DNA of 64,000 nt from Longimicrobiales bacterium (lineage in GTDB: Bacteria; Gemmatimonadota; Gemmatimonadetes; Longimicrobiales; Gaopeijiaceae), in contig CBDCKN010000013.1 of NCBI GenBank assembly GCA_965218295.1, positions 553,032 through 617,031 of the forward strand. Reading direction: 5' to 3'. Position numbers and translations under genes: made by a program. Below, one piece after another: positions 60,522 to 64,000 of the stretch (the stretch's first letter is position 1; each line of letters starts with the position of its first letter). The notes below the pieces were generated by a model. The model was given only the letters and a program-made list of their open reading frames with translations. It was not told where the DNA came from and ran no database searches.

Positions 60522-61328
60522 TCACGACGGGAACAGCTCGCCGAAGGAGGCACGCCACTTCTGCTCCAGGGCGCCCACATCCTCCTCGTCCACCCCAAAG
60601 GTGGAGAGCCACACCGTGGCGGCGTCTTCACAGAGCTCCACGCGGAAGAGTCCGTCGCTCCATCCGTCCACGGTGCCCGTGAACTGCCAGGGCGGCTGCC
60701 AGAAGGCCACGTCGCCTTCCAGCGTCTCGCTCGTAGTGGTCTGGAACGCGTACCGACTTCCACTGGTCAGATCCGAAATTCCGCTCGATCCGAACCAGCC
60801 CCCTGCTTCGGTCAGTCTCGCCCAGACTTCCACGTCACTACAGGTGTAGGCTGCGTTCGCGGAGGCCACGATCCGTCGCTGGCCCGGGTGGCGCTCCAGA
60901 TAGTGGCGGAGGCCGTTCAGCTCGAAGTCCCAGCCCCGGCCCCACGCCTCGTACATGTAGTCCCATTCCTCCCCCTTGCCGAAACCCGAGCTGACCACGC
61001 GCAGGACTGTGCTGCCCCCCCGCCCCTCGAGGTAGAAGTCGGTGGCAATCTGGAGGGCTGCTCCCAAGACGGCTCCCGTTCTGAGATGCCGTTCCGGCTC
61101 CCACACCTCGATGGGTGCTCCCTCGCCCTCGGTGTCCGTCCAGCTCATCCACACCGAGCCGCCGACGCCAGGGGTCACCCCCGCATTCAAGGGGAACCAC
61201 CTTGTGAGCTCCTCGGCATCGGTGAGGGCCTTCCATACGGCAGCCAGCGGTGCGTCTATCTCGATCTCTCGCTCGACCGCACGGGTCTCCTGGTCCTGCG
61301 GACCTTCGAACGCTTCCTGCGTGCTCAT
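60522..61328 (-). CDS. SRPBCC/Aha1-domain protein
   Basis: EIEIDAP...VWKALTD.EEL.RWF; tandem domain. Confidence 0.85.
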   Translation of the reverse strand: MSTQEAFEGPQDQETRAVEREIEIDAPLAAVWKALTDAEELTRWFPLNAGVTPGVGGSVWMSWTDTEGEGAPIEVWEPERHLRTGAVLGAALQIATDFYLEGRGGSTVLRVVSSGFGKGEEWDYMYEAWGRGWDFELNGLRHYLERHPGQRRIVASANAAYTCSDVEVWARLTEAGGWFGSSGISDLTSGSRYAFQTTTSETLEGDVAFWQPPWQFTGTVDGWSDGLFRVELCEDAATVWLSTFGVDEEDVGALEQKWRASFGELFPS

Positions 61329-61951
61329 GAATCCTCCTCCCGGGGATCGCACCCGGTCGCATCTTCCTGCGGTGCCAGGTAGGCGCCGGCCATGACACGG
61401 AAACGCCGACCGTCGGGTTCATCTTCGTCGTGGTACTTGGCAATGAGCCGCGCCACCTCCTGCGAGAGCTCGGTGGCGAAGGCGTGCTGCTTCTCGGATG
61501 AGGCGAAGCGGACGTCCGCCTGGAGGGTCAAAGTCGGTAGACGTTTTCCGGCGTGGTGAGCGCGGTCGCGCTGTTCAGCGACCTCCCGGATCACCTGGGC
61601 CGCCACGGCCACGAGGTACGCGCTTGATGCCTGGTCACGGATCGACGTGGGGTCCACGGCCAGGTCGCCCAGGGTAGTGGGACTGATCAGAAAGGATCGG
61701 GCCACCGCACGGACCAATCGCTCCGTGCAGTTCCTCACCTTGCGCTCCCCCACGGACTCCACCAGCCCCTGCTCCTCAAGCTGACGGACGTGGTAGTTGA
61801 GCTTCTGCCGCGGCAATCCGAGGCGCCGTGCCAGCCCGGCTGCCGAGTCCGGCTCGCCCAACTCCGCCAGGATCTTGAGGCGCAACGGATGAAGAGCCAA
61901 GGCCGCACGATCTCCATCCCTGATCACATATACAGCTGCTGATGCCAGCAT
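61325..61951 (-). CDS. ArsR-like winged-helix regulator
   Basis: HPLRLKIL..L.EPDSAAGLARRLGLPRQKLNYHV. Confidence 0.88.
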   Translation of the reverse strand: MLASAAVYVIRDGDRAALALHPLRLKILAELGEPDSAAGLARRLGLPRQKLNYHVRQLEEQGLVESVGERKVRNCTERLVRAVARSFLISPTTLGDLAVDPTSIRDQASSAYLVAVAAQVIREVAEQRDRAHHAGKRLPTLTLQADVRFASSEKQHAFATELSQEVARLIAKYHDEDEPDGRRFRVMAGAYLAPQEDATGCDPREEDS

Positions 61952-61981
61952 GTCGTCACTCCTGAAGGTGGAGACAAAGCG

Positions 61982-62010
61982 AGATTAATATTGACGAATA
62001 TATTTGTCAA
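61982..62010 (-). promoter_or_regulatory. Sigma70 promoter with overlapping palindromic operator
   Basis: TTGACA-17 bp-TAATCT on the minus strand; palindrome TTGAC-N10-GTCAA (61991-62010). Confidence 0.7.
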
Positions 62011-62165
62011 GTATAATTAAATTGTCTAGTTGTGTAGGGGCACCGCTCGGAGGGGCGAGAGGTGGGGGGGGGGGCTCCGCACAAAAACCTTGACCGGGGG
62101 CACGGAGGCACGCACCGTTCGATCACCCTCGACCGACCGTTGAGGACTTTCTCCGTGTCGCTACC

Positions 62166-62259
62166 CGTCACGGCCCAGCGTGGGGGAGTTGCCGCGCAAG
62201 TCATGTAGTCGGAAGGTGCGGTTCATCCGGACTCCGACAGTGACCACCAAAGGAGCAGG
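62166..62259 (+). promoter_or_regulatory. Structured csp 5'-UTR motif, copy 2
   Basis: Shared with 58521-58615. Confidence 0.65.
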
Positions 62260-62472
62260 ATGATGCGTACCAGAGGGACAGTGAAGTGGTTCAACGATCA
62301 GAAGGGCTTCGGCTTTATCACGCCCGAGGACAACAGCAAAGACTGCTTTGTCCACCATTCCGCCATTCAGGCCGAGGGCTTCAAAACCCTCAACGAGGGC
62401 GACATCGTCGAATTCGAGGTCGTTGAGGGGCAGAAGGGACCAGCCGCGGAGAATGTCGTACGAGTCACCTAG
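62260..62472 (+). CDS. Cold-shock protein (CspA family), paralog
   Basis: GTVKWFN..KGFGFI and FVHHSAI. Confidence 0.97.
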   Translation: MMRTRGTVKWFNDQKGFGFITPEDNSKDCFVHHSAIQAEGFKTLNEGDIVEFEVVEGQKGPAAENVVRVT

Positions 62473-62498
62473 CCGTATCTGAGCTCATATCGGCTTCA

Positions 62499-62556
62499 GG
62501 GGCCGCTCCGATTCATGGGGCGGCCGCTCCGATTCATGGGGCGGCCCCTTCTTTCT
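62499..62556 (+). terminator. Terminator with 21-bp tandem-duplicated hairpin
   Basis: GGCCGCTCCGATTCATGGGGC twice (62501-62542), then GGCCCC and TTCTTTCT. Confidence 0.75.
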
Positions 62557-62723
62557 GGCCGCTGACGCGGGGCCCTTATCGAAGGGGTGCGCGTGGCTGC
62601 GGGCAGCCGTGTAAGGAGGGGTGGCGACGAAGAAGCACCGGTGGTAACGTTGAAGAGCAGCTCCCCCACCGAAAATCGACCCGTCTTTGTGCCCGTTCCC
62701 CCCCAGGAGTGTCAGCCTTGGCC

Positions 62724-63167
62724 ATGGAACTGGTTCTCCTCATCGAGGACAACCATGAACACGCCACGCTGATCCAGGCCCTTCTGGATTATCGCGGCCT
62801 CGACAGTCCCGTGTTCGTCACGGCCAGCGTGGCTGAGGCGCGTGCCTACCTGAACGGCGAATGGCCCTTCGACGATAAAAGACGGCACCCCCTACCGGGT
62901 CTCATCGTCCTCGATCACTGGCTCCTCGACGGCACCGGTCTGGAGATCCTCGAGTGGCTCCAGGATCACGAAGAGCTCTCGTCGATTCCCGTCGTGGTCT
63001 TCACGGCGTGCCTGGAAAAGAACGTGGAGAAGCGGGCCCGCGAGCTCGGCGTCCGAGACTACCTTGTGAAGCCCGACGGCTACGAGGATCTGGCCGTGGC
63101 CATCGAAGGGGTTCTACGCCCGCCTCCCGAAAAGGAGGCCGAGGCGGAGGGATCCAAGGCCGGCTGA
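62724..63167 (+). CDS. Single-domain response regulator
   Basis: LLIEDN, LIVLD, PVVVFT and YLVKP. Confidence 0.9.
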   Translation: MELVLLIEDNHEHATLIQALLDYRGLDSPVFVTASVAEARAYLNGEWPFDDKRRHPLPGLIVLDHWLLDGTGLEILEWLQDHEELSSIPVVVFTACLEKNVEKRARELGVRDYLVKPDGYEDLAVAIEGVLRPPPEKEAEAEGSKAG

Positions 63168-63252
63168 GCCTTCGACCTGTGCATGTTGGCACGCCTCATG
63201 CGTCAGAGAGAAGTGAGGTCTCTACTTCTCGCCACTGAACGCGGAGGGCATC

Positions 63253-63620
63253 ATGCGTCGTTCCTCAATCCTCCCACAGCTGCTCATCGGCCTGGCCGCC
63301 ACGTTGTCGCTCATGATGAGCGCCCCGTTCGTCCATGCCCAGATCTCAGACATGGGGCTCCACACGTACCTCATCCGGGTTCAGGGTGAAGACGCGCCGT
63401 TCGAGGTTCGGGCCGAGCGGGTGTCCAGACACACGAACGGGATGGTGACCCTCGAGTCCAACGGCCAGACCGTGGCCGTCTTCAACGGGTACCAGCTGCT
63501 CTACATGGTTCAGGACCTGGACCGGGCTGAAACCGAGTTCGAGGTGAAGACCCATGACGGTGAGGTCCGGCGATTCAAGGCCGATCGCATGCGCGTGGAT
63601 GCCCAAGGACTCGTGGAGTT
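63253..63620 (+). pseudogene. Exported hypothetical protein interrupted by IS3 copy 2
   Basis: GGAGG Shine-Dalgarno and signal peptide; the ORF runs into the IS left end at 63621. Confidence 0.7.
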
Positions 63621-64000
63621 CCCTCTCTGCCAACTTACGTGAGACACGGAGCAGCTAAGGAATTAGAGTAGGGCGAAGGCAGAGAAACCGAGGATGCTGA
63701 GACACCGAGAGAGAATGAAAGAGAATGGAATAGCCCCACCAACCTGGGACGGTAAGCGAAGCGCGGCAGCTCCTGCAGACTCGGAGGTGGTAGATAGGCC
63801 GCTGCGCCGCGGTTCGCTCCGTCGTACAAGCTGCGGATCGTCGAAGAAGCGGACCGGTGCACGGAGCCCGGAGAGGTTGGCCGACTCCTACGGCGGGAGG
63901 GCTTGTACTCGTCGCACCTGACGACATGGCGCAAGGCGGCGCATAGCGGGTCCCTGAAAGCGCTGTCGAAGAAACGAGGCCGTAAGCGCGAGCGCAATCC
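63621..64000 (+). mobile_element. IS3-family element, copy 2 (left part, runs off the window)
   Basis: Near-identical to sequence from 2511; one substitution and a 1-bp deletion near 63810 frameshift orfA. Confidence 0.95.

Noticed and set aside
1..64000. Numerous long antisense and overlapping ORFs in the ORF track
   Set aside because: Expected shadow ORFs in high-GC DNA; Arg/Pro/Gly-rich with no motifs
1..64000. CRISPR arrays, tRNA, rRNA, integron integrase or prophage genes
   Set aside because: None recognised by eye; a tRNA and Rfam scan would be needed to exclude small RNAs fully

Overview
High-GC bacterial chromosomal window; the gene repertoire suggests Gemmatimonadota, which is an inference. 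The left end holds integron-cassette (attC) remnants, an intact IS256 (8-bp target duplication) inserted inside an attC site, and an IS3-family element; a second copy of that IS3 begins at the right edge. Between them lie a Gld-type ABC transporter operon, a MocR regulator, an exported M42 peptidase pair, a GMC/ThDP operon, greA, purE, tyrS, menFDBAE, lutABC, chorismate mutase/prephenate dehydratase, an aeRF1-like gene, two cold-shock genes and mmuM, plus many gene stumps. Several genes carry single-base frameshifts, some clearly in homopolymer runs, so many are probably sequencing errors. Most notable candidates: (1) a selenocysteine-containing SAM methyltransferase (Cys-UGA plus SECIS-like hairpin, 47314-48108); (2) a leader-peptide attenuator upstream of the Phe biosynthesis genes; (3) a structured 5'-UTR motif shared by both csp genes; (4) a standalone small ORF with a perfect 13-nt Shine-Dalgarno and a terminator. 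All calls come from reading the sequence; no searches were run.
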